Shown in pieces: positions 42,665 through 55,428 of a stretch of 64,000 bases of DNA (its first letter is position 1; each line of letters starts with the position of its first letter). The position numbers were made by a program, and so were the translations under genes. The stretch is from Octopus vulgaris (lineage: Eukaryota), in assembly GCA_951406725.2 (NCBI GenBank), contig OX597821.1, forward strand, positions 108,686,001-108,750,000, in the 5' to 3' direction. The notes below the pieces were generated by a model. The model was not told the DNA's origin. It was given only the letters and a program-made list of their open reading frames with translations, and did no database searches.

Positions 42665-42828
42665 CGAGACAAAACCACTATTTTAAAACCAAACAAGGAA
42701 AGACTTAATCAATACATAAAATTTTAATATAAATTAAATAATTTATATTTAATTTATATTAAAATTTTATGTATTGATTAAGTCTTTCCTTGTTTGGTTT
42801 TGAAATAGTGGTTTTGTCTCGAATTATA
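42657..42828. repeat. Near-perfect palindrome (about 83-bp arms) at the edge of (TA)n
   Basis: aattcgagacaaaaccactatttt...aaattaaata versus tatttaattt...aaatagtggttttgtctcgaatt; one mismatch seen. Confidence 0.95.
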
Positions 42829-42918
42829 TTATATAAGATTTTACTATAAAATTGGATTTAACCCTAAATCTGATTTTTCCCTGTAATTTTGGATTCATTC
42901 CCTAATATGTATTATTAT

Positions 42919-42989
<71 letters not shown>

Positions 42990-43044
42990 TATGTATAGAT
43001 AATGCGCATATGTGCAAGTATACTTAACTTGTTACACGCACAAA

Positions 43045-43120
<76 letters not shown>

Positions 43121-43347
43121 TATATACATATATATATATATACCACTCACACACTCACACACAAACGGGCGCATGCATACACGCACATATGCCCACTCAG
43201 AGATGAGAGAGAGAATGTGATGAGAATATTTCTGTGGAATAAATTGTTGCAAATCTCATTAGATATTATCACAGAGATAATTTAGATGGATTCCCAAGAT
43301 TTTCTCTGCTATTTTGAGTGTTGTTCCTCTTGTGCTTGGGAGCAGAC

Positions 43348-43381
<34 letters not shown>

Positions 43382-43469
43382 GATAATTATTATTATATAT
43401 ATATATGTGTATATATGTATATATATATATATGTATATATGTATATATATATATTCTTATATACGTAGA

Positions 43470-44040
43470 TTCGTTCTTCTTTTTTCTTCTTCCTTCTCCT
43501 CTTCCTCCTCTTCCTCCGCCTTAAACAATTTTTTCATTATCGTCATCATCAATATCATCAACATTGTCGTCGTCGTCGTCGTTTTTATTTTTCTCCTCTT
43601 CCTCCCCTCCTTCTCCTCTTTTGCTTCTTCCATCTTAAACATTTTCATCACCATCATCATCATCTCATCTTTAGCATCAGCAGCATCGTCGCAGTCCTTA
43701 TCGTTTTTCTTCTCCTTCTTCCCCTTCGTCGTCTTCATCTTCTTCCTTTTCCCCTTCTTCTTCTTCGTCTTCTTCTTCCTCTTCTTCTTCCTCTTCTTCT
43801 TCTGCTTCTTCTTCTTCTTCTTCTTCTTCTCCTCTTCCTGCTCCTACTTCTTCTCCTTCCCCATCATAATCTTCTGCTTCTACTTCTACCTCTCCTTCTT
43901 TTTCTTCTTTTTCTTCTTCATCTTCTTCTTTTTATTCTTCTTCTTCTTCTTCTTCTTCTTCTTCTTCTTCTCCCTATTACTCTTCTTTTCTTCTCCTTCT
44001 TCTCCTGCTCCTCCTCCTTCTTCTTCTTCTTCTTTTCATT
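43470..44040. repeat. (CTT/CCT/CAT)n polypyrimidine low-complexity tract
   Basis: Long ttcttc and cctcct runs. Confidence 0.9.
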
Positions 44041-44231
44041 CACACGCACATATACGTTTGTCGTTGTCTATATATCTTAGCTGATTTGCATGCAGTCAGC
44101 TGAAAGGGAACAAGATGAAACTTCGAAGTCACTCCGAAATCATCTTTATCCATCTAAAATTTAATAGAGAAATACCCAACTAAAAACATTTAATAGTTTA
44201 GACCAAAGGATACATAAACAAACGAATTCAT

Positions 44232-44388
44232 AAGGCGTGGCTGTGTGGTAAGAAGATTGCTTCCCGACCACCTTGTTCCGGGTTCAATCTCACTGCATCG
44301 CACTTCGGGCAAGTGACTTCTACTATAACCTCGGTCCGACAAAAGACTTGTGAGTGGATTTGTTAGACGGAAACTGAAAGAAAACTCT

Positions 44389-44432
<44 letters not shown>

Positions 44433-44612
44433 CTCTACCATCGCTTGACAACCGATATTGGTGTGTTTACGTCTAGGTAACTTAGCGGTTCTGTAAAAGA
44501 GACCGACAGAATAAGTACTTGGCTTGCAAAGAATAAGTCTTAGGGTAATTTTGTTCGACTAAAGATGTTGCTCCAGCATGGCCACAGTCAAATGACAGGA
44601 ACAAGTAAAAAA
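44232..44612 (+). mobile_element. SINE family B
   Basis: aggcgtggctgtgtggtaagaag...ctccagcatggccacagtcaaatgac. Confidence 0.85.
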
Positions 44613-44689
44613 ATATAAAAAATAAAAGAACATATATATATATAAATATATATATATGCATGAATTTAGACATAGGCATACATGAAGTG

Positions 44690-45447
44690 ACCTGACGATA
44701 GAGACAGAAACATGCGCAGTGATAATAACCAAGTATACGAAGTGCAGAATAGGCAGCACTACCGATAGCGACATATGCAGAATGTGTGGTGAGAAGGGTG
44801 CAACGGCATGGCATATCGTTAGCGAATGCTCGAAATTGGTACAACACGAATACAAAAGACACCATGACAATATGGCAAGAATGATCCATTGGGAGCTCTG
44901 TAGAAATCATAGCCTTCAAAGAACAAAGATGTGGTTTGACAAAACTCCAGAATGAGTCACCGAAAATGAGAATTGCATAATCCTGTGGGATGCAATGATC
45001 GAATGCGATCACCTGACCAGACATCAGAAACCGGACATTCTTGTGGTGAATATAAACGAAAGGACATGTATCATTATGGATATGGAATGCCCCGATGACA
45101 CCAGGGCCAATATGAAAGAAGAAGAAAAAAATATATAACTAAGATGATTTGAAGTGAGAAATACAAAGGTTGTGATCAATGAAGAGAGTAGACGAGATAC
45201 CAATAGTAACTGGTGCACTTGGAAGTATCAGCACTCAACTACCAACATGGCTGAAAAAGATCGGTACAGGTGTAAAGGTCGAACATCTACAAATATCAGC
45301 ATTGCTTGGAACTGCAAGAATTTTTCGCAGGGTTCTTGAAGGATGACCAGTAAACAAGTGTCACCGTAGTCTGCTGACTGTGGACAGCTGACATTTTCCA
45401 TCATGCCCAGGAAAATAAGCTGTGAGGTTTCATATAATAATAATGCC

Positions 45448-45497
<50 letters not shown>
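44690..45497 (+). mobile_element. R4/Dong-type non-LTR retrotransposon 3' end, second subfamily
   Basis: DICRMCGEKGATAWHIVSECSKLVQHEYKRHHDNMARMIHWELC..ILWDAMIECDHLTRHQKPDILVV..ECPDD..GALGSI..LQISALLGTARIFRRVLE; (TAA)n tail. Confidence 0.88.
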
Positions 45498-45743
45498 TCT
45501 TTCTACTTTTTTGTCACAAGGCTAACAATTTTGAAGTGGGGGTATATCGATGGCGTCGACATATGTACTTGACTGCTATCTTATGCTAACAATTACAGAT
45601 GCAAAGACAGCAACGTTGACCTCAGCCAGCGAAATTTGAACTCAGAACGCAAAAAAAAAAAACGGAGGCAAGTCCGTGAATATGTGCCAGCTAAGTCGTA
45701 ACTGTTCGCCTCTTTATATATATAAATATTTAATACTCACACT

Positions 45744-45815
<72 letters not shown>

Positions 45816-46570
45816 GCATATATATATATATATATATATATGCATTAAATGATGAGAAAATCATTTTCCAATTCTTCTTAACTCAGCAATAATTACATCC
45901 TAATCTCTCTATCTTTATACGCAGAAGCTAATCTCTTCCTACATAATATTCACGACATTTTTCTATCCAACATTTCGATAAAATAATTGTTTCCTTACAC
46001 AACTGCGATGTATGAGATTTCTTCTACGTCATCATTCTAATATGCTACTCTGGCCTTCTATTCCACTGCTTTCCTACTACTTTTACCCCTTTTTTACGCC
46101 GTTTCCCTCTTTCTTTTCTTTCCTTCTTTCTTTCTTTCTTCATTTATTTATTACTTTTTGTATCTCTTTTGATTTGTTTTTTTTTTAATGTAATATTACT
46201 CATATTTGTGATTTTTGCATTATGTTTTGTTTTGTTCCATTAAAGGAACTGCAATTAGAATTTGATGTTGCAAAATATATATACACTCCTACACCGCCAC
46301 CCACGTGAGACTGTGACTGAGAACATCGCTTTGCAACCGCATCGTTTGGGGTTCGGTCCATTTCTACGGAATTTTGAGCGCCTTCTAAATCCCCCGAGCT
46401 GACCAAAGCTTTGTGAGTGGATTTTGTAAGCAGAAACTGTATGGAAGTCAACTATATAATACGTACACACACACGCGCATGCACATACACACACACACAC
46501 ACATACACACATATGATTGACCGCTAGCACCAAAAGTTTTTTTATTCTCTCTGTGTATTTCCTCGAGCTC

Positions 46571-46606
46571 CTTTCTGCTGGAGAGCGTAGGCTCGAAACG
46601 TAAAAG
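46571..46606 (+). ncRNA. Minimal type I hammerhead-like motif, family H1 copy 2 (decayed core)
   Basis: cttt CTGCTGG a gagc-gtag-gctc GAAAC GTA aaag; cassette at about 46535-46700 followed by (TA)n. Confidence 0.5.
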
Positions 46607-46696
46607 ACTTTCTCACCTTCCCGAGCGTTAAACTAATACGTCTGTTTGTTGTTTATACGCCTGTCTTCGTGTTTTGTTTTTCTATAAATTTCAACT

Positions 46697-46765
<69 letters not shown>

Positions 46766-47079
46766 TGAGATTCACTTGGATTAGATACTTAAGTTGAAGC
46801 ACCGGTATTATCCGCACAGCTCGACATAAGATGAATAAAATCAAAATAATCAATAGGATATCAAGTAGTGATACAGTGCGACCGTTTCAAGTGGCTCCAT
46901 TTAACTGAACAATATATATATATGTATATATATATAAAGAATATGAGGTCTATAGTTGAGTGGTGATCTAAACAAATAGGTACGCTAAGTGCTATAATTA
47001 GTCATCCGTTAAGTTTCAAGTTCACAGCTCTGGCTGGAGCTAATGATCCGCATTAGCTTTCCGTGGTGTTAGCAGGTAT

Positions 47080-47572
47080 ATATTATATTGGAGGAAAATG
47101 GACAACAAAAACCAAAACAGGTCGAGTACCTCAGTCATTTATAAGAATTTAATTAGGGTAAGGTGAATTTGAAGTCTTAAAGACACGCACACACATATAC
47201 GTTTCTGGGATATCTTAACTGAAAGGCTAGTATGTCCGAACAGTGTTCCGCCATCAGAGACCAGGTGTGTGTGTATGAAAGTTCCAGGTAGGGAAAGTCA
47301 CAGTTTATAAAGAATAAAAAGTAAAGTAGATAGAAGTATACAGACAGGAGAATAATGTTCACAACTCATCTTTTTCCTTGTCTCTGATGCCAGAATACCC
47401 AGTGTACGGAACTGATAGCATATCATTTGCGATATTCCAGAAACAGCTCTAAGACTTCAAATTCACCTTACCCTTATTAATTATTTTAAATCAAACCGTT
47501 CTAAATAAATGACTTGAGATCTTCGTCCTGCCTTGGATTTTGTCGTCCATTTTCCTCTTATATAATATAATA
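47080..47572. mobile_element. Inverted-repeat cassette carrying two opposed HHR relics, family H5
   Basis: Arms gaggaaaatggacaac...ggtaaggtgaatttgaagtctta and taagacttcaaattcaccttacc...gtccattttcctc; plus-strand motif gtct CTGATGC...GAAAC agct cta agac at 47380-47455. Confidence 0.7.
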
Positions 47573-47630
47573 TCACACACACATATATATATATATACAC
47601 ATACATATATATATACATACACACACACAT

Positions 47631-47664
<34 letters not shown>

Positions 47665-47907
47665 CTAGTTTCAGCTCATGAGCTGTGGCCATGCTGGGGC
47701 ACCGCCATTATATATAATATATATAATATATATATTCATATATGTATGTATGTATGCATGTATGTATGTATGTATATATGTATGTGTGTGTATGTATGTA
47801 TGTATGTATGTATGTATGTATGTATGTATGTATGTATGTGTAGGCTCCAAGGATTGAGGTGTAGGAAGAAAGTGAGCTTCAAGTAATCCGTACAACATAT
47901 TTATATA

Positions 47908-48117
47908 TTCTTTTTACTCTTTTACTTGTTTCAGTCATGTGACTGCGGCCATGCTGGAACACCGCCTTTGGTCGAGCAAATCGACCCCAGGACTTATTCA
48001 ATGTAAGCCTAGTACTTATCCTATCGGTCTCTTTTGATGAACTGCTAAGTTACGGGGACGTAAACACACCAGCATCGGCTGTCAAGCGATGTTGGGGGCA
48101 CAAACACAGACACACAA

Positions 48118-48212
<95 letters not shown>

Positions 48213-48381
48213 TATATACGACGGGCTTCTTTCAGTTTCCGTCTACCAAGTCCACTCACAAGGCTTTGGTCAGCCCGAGGCTATAGTAGAAGACACTTGC
48301 CCAAGGTGACACGCAGTGGGACTGAACCCAGAACCATGTGGTTGGTAAGCAAGCTATTTACCACACTGCCACTCCTTCGCG
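47908..48381 (-). mobile_element. SINE family B, full length
   Basis: ctcttttacttgtttcagtcatgtgactgcggccatgc...ccacactgccactcc. Confidence 0.9.
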
Positions 48382-48603
48382 TATATGTAAAAATGAAAAA
48401 GGCTTTCAGGAAGATTTAGTGGTTTAATTAAGCCGAAGGTAGTGGATCTTCTTCCGTATCGAAGTATGATAAACTGAGAAGCTGAGAAGAATTATTTTAT
48501 ATTTCACGTTAGGCAGACAGGTTTGCCAGGTATGCAAATGAAAATACTAGTGTGAAGGAATTGAGTAGATAAGATCCAAGCTACACGTTTCATAGCGAGC
48601 GAC

Positions 48604-48644
<41 letters not shown>

Positions 48645-48775
48645 GGGAGGGACAGAGAGAGGGAGAAAGAGAGGAATGAATGCTATGCTGGTGATATCCT
48701 TCGTTGCTGAACACATCAGATATATGTACATCTAGACAGGGAAAAGTATAGAAAGGGAGAGAGAGTGAAAGGTGC

Positions 48776-49100
48776 TGAGAGAGGGACAGAGAGACAGAGG
48801 GAGGGAGAGAGAGAGACAGAGGGAGTGAGAGAGACAGAGGGAGAAAGAGAGAGGAAAGGAGAAAGACAGAGAGAGGGGGAGAGAAAGACAGAGGGAGAAA
48901 GAGAGAGGAAGGGAGAGAGAGATACAGGGAGGGAGAGAGACAGAGGGAGGGAGTGAGAGAGACAGAGGGAGTGAGAGAGACAGAGGGAGGGAGAGAGAAA
49001 GAGGGGGAGAGAGACAGAGGGAGAAAGAGAGAGGGAGGGAGAGAGAGATACAGGGAGGGAGAGAGACAGAGGGAGAGAGAGAGACAGATAGATAGATAGA
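48776..49100. repeat. Polypurine (GA/GGA/GACA) minisatellite
   Basis: Recurring gagagagacagaggga units, almost entirely purine. Confidence 0.85.
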
Positions 49101-49185
49101 CGGTGTAGAAGTGAGGGAGAAGAAAATAAAGAGACAGTGCATACATTCTCTATCATTCATACACAATACACACACACACACACAT

Positions 49186-49222
<37 letters not shown>

Positions 49223-49244
49223 TAAAACACGAGCACACACACAG

Positions 49245-49304
<60 letters not shown>

Positions 49305-49655
49305 GCCATGTTGAGCTAACATTCTGTTGATACGTGTAAACATACACACATGCACACACATATACACAAATGAAATTATGTATGCATGCACATGTGTGTG
49401 TGTATATATATATATATATATGTGTGTATGTATGTATGTATGCATTGTATGAGTGTGTATGCAAGTGCGCCTGTAGTTACGTAAAGTTAGCTAATGTTTA
49501 CGACGCGTCTAATGTACATGTCGAATATATAGTTATAATGTGGGTGGCTTCCTGTAATGTTTGTACACGTGGTACAATCTAAGGAACTTAACGTACACAG
49601 ACTTAAGTTTATTTATTCGGTTTTAAATTATCATATGTTCAACGCATGTGTATGC

Positions 49656-49694
<39 letters not shown>

Positions 49695-49700
49695 CATACA

Positions 49701-49761
<61 letters not shown>

Positions 49762-49833
49762 GTATATATACATAAGTATATATATGTAGGCATATATGTA
49801 TAAATAATTGAACGTATATATTTATCTACATGT

Positions 49834-49897
<64 letters not shown>

Positions 49898-49960
49898 GTA
49901 TATATATGTATATGTATATAGATGTGTAAATAATTGAACATATATATTTCTATACATATC

Positions 49961-50024
<64 letters not shown>

Positions 50025-50200
50025 TGTATAAATAATTGAACGTATATATTTATCTACATGTCTTTATGTATGCATATATATATATGTATGTGTGTGCATA
50101 TATATATATATGTATGTGTATATATGTGTAAATAATTGAACATATATATTTATATACATATCTGTATGCCAATATATATACATATATAAATATACACACA

Positions 50201-50245
<45 letters not shown>

Positions 50246-50534
50246 GTACACACACATATATATATATCTGTTAATTTTCCTTCTTACGCTTATGTTTGTA
50301 TGTACATGTGTGTGAGTGTGTCTGTGTGTGTATCTATGTGTATGTGCATGCGTATGTGTCTGTGTGTGTGTGTGCATACATTTCTGTATACTTCACATAC
50401 TTATCTTAGATGTATTCGTCTGCACCTGATGTTATGTATATTTCAATTATTTCTTCATCTATGTACGTATGCATGTAGTCATGTATGCATATGTGTGTGT
50501 ATGTGTTTGTGCGTATGTGAGTGTGTGTGTGTGT

Positions 50535-50596
<62 letters not shown>

Positions 50597-50829
50597 GTGT
50601 GTGTATGTTGAGCAGCTAACAAACGAGTGTGAGAAAGGAAACGAGAGGAAGAGCGGCAGACAATCATATTGGGGGCAATTTTGAGAAGTAGGCAGACAAA
50701 CATACATGCATAAATACCCACACGAGGAAATATATACGTACGTACACAGAGTTAGAGAGGCGGGCAGATAAGTAGACCGATAGATATATTGATGGAAAGA
50801 AAGAAAGACAGACAGACAAACAGACTGAC

Positions 50830-50943
<114 letters not shown>

Positions 50944-51005
50944 TTAAATAGATAGACATTCAGACAAAATGAATGGCAGATGTATATAAATATATATATA
51001 TATAT

Positions 51006-52080
51006 TCATCCGAGAATCACCCACCCGAATGCGAGAGCTGGCGTCCCGACCCATCACACTGATAGGAATAAGCATATATGGTTTGTAATCCTCTTTGGTA
51101 AGCAGATTAGAACTAACCTCCCCCTCATGTTTAGACATGCCATCGCCAATAACTTCCCCAGAAATTCCAAATATTACTCCACGGTTAACTCGCATAAAGT
51201 TAGGATAGCTTTCTCCAACACTAAAAACCTCGCCCAGATAATCGCCTCCCATAATAATAGGCTACTTACTAAGACCCTATAACCTTTTTCCGGAGGCACA
51301 GCCTCTTCCGCTCCCGGTTTAATGCTCAGTAGGAATAATTATAATAGTAATAATGATATGAGAGCCAGTACAGTGACACATAATCTCAGCTCCAGCCAGG
51401 GAGTACCCACTAGGGGTATAGTTATAAATAGGGGTGTTGTGGTTGACGGTAACAATGGGAGTAGGGTAGAGAGCCCCAATAGCATCCCCAGCATCATTTC
51501 CCGCAATAGCAGCACCACGGGCACTAGCAATGACAGCACTCTGATAGATAGTGGAGAATCAGGGGTTATTCCTATAGTTAATAGTGACGTAGTGGAAAAT
51601 AGAGTAGTAAGCGGCTGCAGGTCTCGGAACGAATATAGTGACAGGAACACAGTTCTAATTTCAGAAACTAATCCTAGCAGAATAAGATTCACGTCGGCGA
51701 ACTCCAAGATCAAAAACGCCGTCTACCAATGCAAGGTTTACACGGACTCAGATGTCTTCACTTATGTAGGGGCTTCATCCTCAAGATTGTCTTTGCGAGT
51801 CTCCAACCATTACGCAACTTTTCGGGACATGAACAAGCGCCAGACCACGGGACTCAGCAAGCTAATATGGCGACTGAAGGATACGAACTTAAGCTACAGG
51901 CTGGAATGGTCAATTTTGTCGGTGGCCCTCCCATTTGATAGGGGCAGAAGGCAGTGCAACCTTTGTGTCTCCGAACTCTTCCATATTTTGTTTGCCAGAG
52001 GCCGGATGGTAAACGGGCTTTTACAGTCGGCTTTTCGATGCCCCCATTGGCGGCGTTACACTTATCTGGCTTTTAAATAG
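51006..52080 (+). pseudogene. Penelope-like retroelement: RT C-terminus, linker and C-terminal GIY-YIG endonuclease
   Basis: ORFs 50980-51282 and 51322-52080 share a frame and are separated by one TAA. RNKHIWF..FP..KVRIAFSNTKNLAQIIASHNNRLL is followed by AVYQCKV..TYVGAS..RVSNHYATF..LSKLIWRLK..WSIL..CNLCVSE..CPH. 5' end abuts (TA)n. Confidence 0.85.
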
Positions 52081-52949
52081 CGTTTATAAATAATACCGGC
52101 ACCCATAGCCCTTGGTAACAAATTCTGAAATAGCCTTTAAGATATTTACGATTAACCACTGCAAGGGGAATTACTCCTGTAAGATAAACGGGGCTTGGTT
52201 TTTTCACAACGGGGGGTTACCTTGACAAGGCAGGCTTAGATGAACACACACACACATAAAACATAATATATATTTTTTTCTGCCACCCAACGGTTCTTAC
52301 TGCAGTAGCCACTGACAGCCGAACGATCAAACGCACACACGTACACAAAAAATGTTTTCTACCCCTACGCCAGCACACACATATATAGAACAGTATACAC
52401 ACACACGTCTCTAAGTAGATTTTTTCTCGCCCCTTATAAAACATCCAATATTCCTTAAATAGTCAGAACTTTATTCTCGGTCACAAAGAACATCTACACA
52501 CCCTCACCCACATATACCGATGCCTGACCCGTAAATTATTCATATATAAACAGTTTTGCCATGGGCTCTTAGGAGCCTAGTTCGATTTGTTTTGCTCCGC
52601 CTCTGTTCTGTTTTTGTTTTTCCAACGGATATATATTCAATCGGATTTTGGTATTGTGCCTTTCGAAACACGTATAAAACGATTTCTGTTCAATCTGCGT
52701 TCAGCTTAATTCACCAATAATATTTTATATTCATATACACACACATACACACACACACACCTTGAAGTGTTTAGTCCAATAAATCGATAGACGCCTGTTT
52801 TTTTCTTTTTTTTAAGGGTGGTACTTATTTAACTTTTTATTCTCTTGAACAGCTCAGTTACGAGGACGTAAACAAACCAACACCCGTCCTCTAGGGTAAG
52901 GAGGGGAGAAAGACATACACACATAAGTATATATAGAACTTTAATATCT

Positions 52950-54330
52950 TCGAAAGGTTTCGGCCATGTCTAACTCAATAGCACCACCTGGTGAAGTCTT
53001 TTAGTCATAGCCCACTCTAACAAAGGGTTATTATTATTGGAGACATATCCGTGTGTAGGAGGTTGGTCCGAGATTTTTTGAAGAAATTTGTCCAGTGAAC
53101 TTTTGAATTTTATTAGATCAGTTTCCGTTTTGTTGTATTTCGGTATGATATTAAAGAGAGGTGGGCCGGTTGAGGTAAAGTAAGTGTGACGCTATGCGTA
53201 CTGAGTTCGATTTTTGTAGTACGCGGATAGCACGGGGCCAAGTCTTTGCTGGATTTTAAAATTGATGTCAACATCATTTGTGCAATATTGATGGAATGCT
53301 TTCCACATCACACAAATGATGTAGTGCTCCCGGTGGCGCTGGAGAGAATAGAGATTGAGTTCTTTAGTCGACCCCAAAAATCAATGTCTCTCATGCCGTC
53401 TATCGTTTTTGTTATGGATCTCTGGAGTGCTTCTACTTTCATAATGAGTTGTTTCGTATGGGGGGATCACAGTGAGCAACAGCACTCAAGGTGGGGTCGG
53501 GAAAAAGTAGAGTAGAGAAGGATGATGGTGTAGGCATCTCTAGGCCGGAAAGTTCTCAGAATCCAGGAGCACATTTTGCAGGCCAAGTCAACCTTACTGC
53601 TTACGTGGGAATTCCAGCTTAGATTGTTATCAACAATTACTCCAAGGTATCTGGTGTTATTGGATGACACTAGGGAGTCGCCTGGGGAAAGAGCATATGG
53701 CAACTTCAGAGTTTCCTCTTTCCCAAAATGGACCAAATCAAATTTATCTTCATTTAAAAGCAGACCTTGCCATACAATAGCAAACAGATCTGACTGAATC
53801 CATGTTAGGTCTCTCATGCCGTTTATGGCTTTCTGGCTTTGGGAATCATCTGCAATGATTTTCAATGTAGGATGTTTGATGACATCTGCTATGTAGTTGA
53901 TGTAAATGATGAAGAGGAGAGAGAGACCAGCACATTACCTTATGGGACACCACTACTGACTTTGGCTAAGCTGGATCGTATTCCCTCAAATACAATATGT
54001 CGGGTTATGTTAATCAGGAAGCACCTTATCAACTGCAACAGCTTTCCACGGACTCCAATGATGGACAGTTTCTTAAGCAGGATTTTGTAGTCCATCTGTC
54101 AAATGCCTTGCTGAAATCAAGGTATATGACGTCAGTGTTGGAGCCCTCTCTTAACGCTTTTACGATGTCATCAAAGTGGTGCAGAAGCTGCGACAGGCAG
54201 ACCCTGCTATACACAGAAACCATGCTGGTTGGGGTTCAGCAGATTGTAGTCTTCGAGGAAGTGAATTATTTACGATCTCACCACTCTCTCAAATAATTTA
54301 ATGATATGAGAAGTGAGTGAAATCGGACGT
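52950..54330 (-). mobile_element. CR1/L2-type LINE 3' end pseudogene (same family as 11490)
   Basis: Minus-strand CLSQLLHHFD..DVIYLDFSKAFDR, SSGVP*G, LKIIADDS, YLGVIVDNNLSW, RPHLECC, ELNLYSLQRHRE. Confidence 0.88.
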
Positions 54331-54342
54331 TGTTTCAATATA

Positions 54343-54417
54343 AATGCAGCTGATGAAGACTGATCAAATTTACGTTGACAAACGTATCTGAAGAGTCCGA
54401 AACCTAGGTACTGCATT
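54343..54417 (+). ncRNA. Type I hammerhead ribozyme with extended stem II, family H6
   Basis: aatgcag CTGATGA agact..tacgtt-gaca-aacgta..agtcc GAAAC ctag GTA ctgcatt; 7-bp perfect stem I, palindromic stem/loop III acctaggt; (TA)n about 150 bp downstream. Confidence 0.85.
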
Positions 54418-54683
54418 ATCCGATTCTGGGTTGTCCATTTATCGAATGTTCTTCTTAGAGGTAAGACAAATTTTTCATGTTTGTTGCATTCACACGTCTA
54501 CAATAGCGTCGTATTAGTATCGATTGCTATTTCCAGTAAATATTGGTGCCTTGTTGTACCACTAATCTATATATATATATATATATATATATTGTTAATC
54601 CAAACAAGAAAGCACAAAAATACACAACAACGCGAGGATGTGGAACAAATATAGTATTATTGGACGCTCAGGAAAGAAGGGGG

Positions 54684-54718
54684 GTTTAACGTTTCGAGCG
54701 GAGCTCTTCGTCGGAAAC
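54684..54718 (-). ncRNA. Minimal type I hammerhead-like motif, family H2
   Basis: Minus strand guuu CCGACGA a gagc-ucc-gcuc GAAAC GUU aaac; in cassette 54591-54790 abutting (TA)n. Confidence 0.6.
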
Positions 54719-54794
54719 ATAGGAGTAGGATAGATCCAGAGAAGGGAAGACAGAGAAAAAAATCGTCAACGGTACACACGAGGTCACATATATA

Positions 54795-54952
54795 TACGTC
54801 GTACTTCTTTCAGTTTCCGTCAACCAAATACACACACAATCCTCTCACTGGCCCGGCGTTATAGTAAAGACACTTCTCCACTGTGCCACACAGTGGGACT
54901 GTAATCGGATTCATGTGGTTAGGAAGTGTGCTTCTTATCAAACAGACACGCT
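54795..54952 (-). mobile_element. SINE family B 5' half, degenerate
   Basis: cttctttcagtttccgtc...cagtgggactg. Confidence 0.7.
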
Positions 54953-55018
54953 TGAACATTTTGCACTTCTTGTTTGGGGGCCGTCGTCCTTTTCCCTAGC
55001 GATCATACCATCGATATA

Positions 55019-55428
55019 TTCTTTTCTACTCTAGGCACAAGGCCCGAAATTTTGGGGGAGGGGACCAATCGATTAGATCAACCCCAATACGCAACTGGTA
55101 CTTAATTTATCGACCCCGAAAGGATGAAAGGCAAAGTCGACCTCGATGGAATTTGAACTCAGAACGTAGCGGCAGACGAAATAATCCTAAGTATTTCGCC
55201 CGGTTTGCTAACGTTTCTGCCAGCTCGCCGCCTTAAAATATACTTTTCTAATCTAGGCACAAGTCCCGAAATTTGGGGGAGGGGCCAGTCGATTAGATCG
55301 ACCCTTGTATGCAACTGGTACTTAATTTATCGACCCCGAATGAATGAAAGGCAAAGTCGACCTCGGTGGAATTTGAACTCAGAAACTTTTCGCCCGTCCT
55401 GCTAAAGTTTCTGCCAGCTCGCCACCTT
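55019..55428 (-). mobile_element. SINE family A tandem dimer
   Basis: Two consecutive ctaggcacaag...ctgccagctcgcc units. Confidence 0.9.

Noticed and set aside
51280-51282. Programmed readthrough or selenocysteine in the PLE ORF
   Set aside because: The stop is TAA, not TGA, and the copy is 5'-truncated, so a simple nonsense mutation is more parsimonious.
52150-52205. Possible HHR in the 3' UTR of the Penelope-like ORF
   Set aside because: aacca/tggtt pairing exists, but the core (ctgcaag..gtaa) is too far from CUGANGA/GAAA to call.
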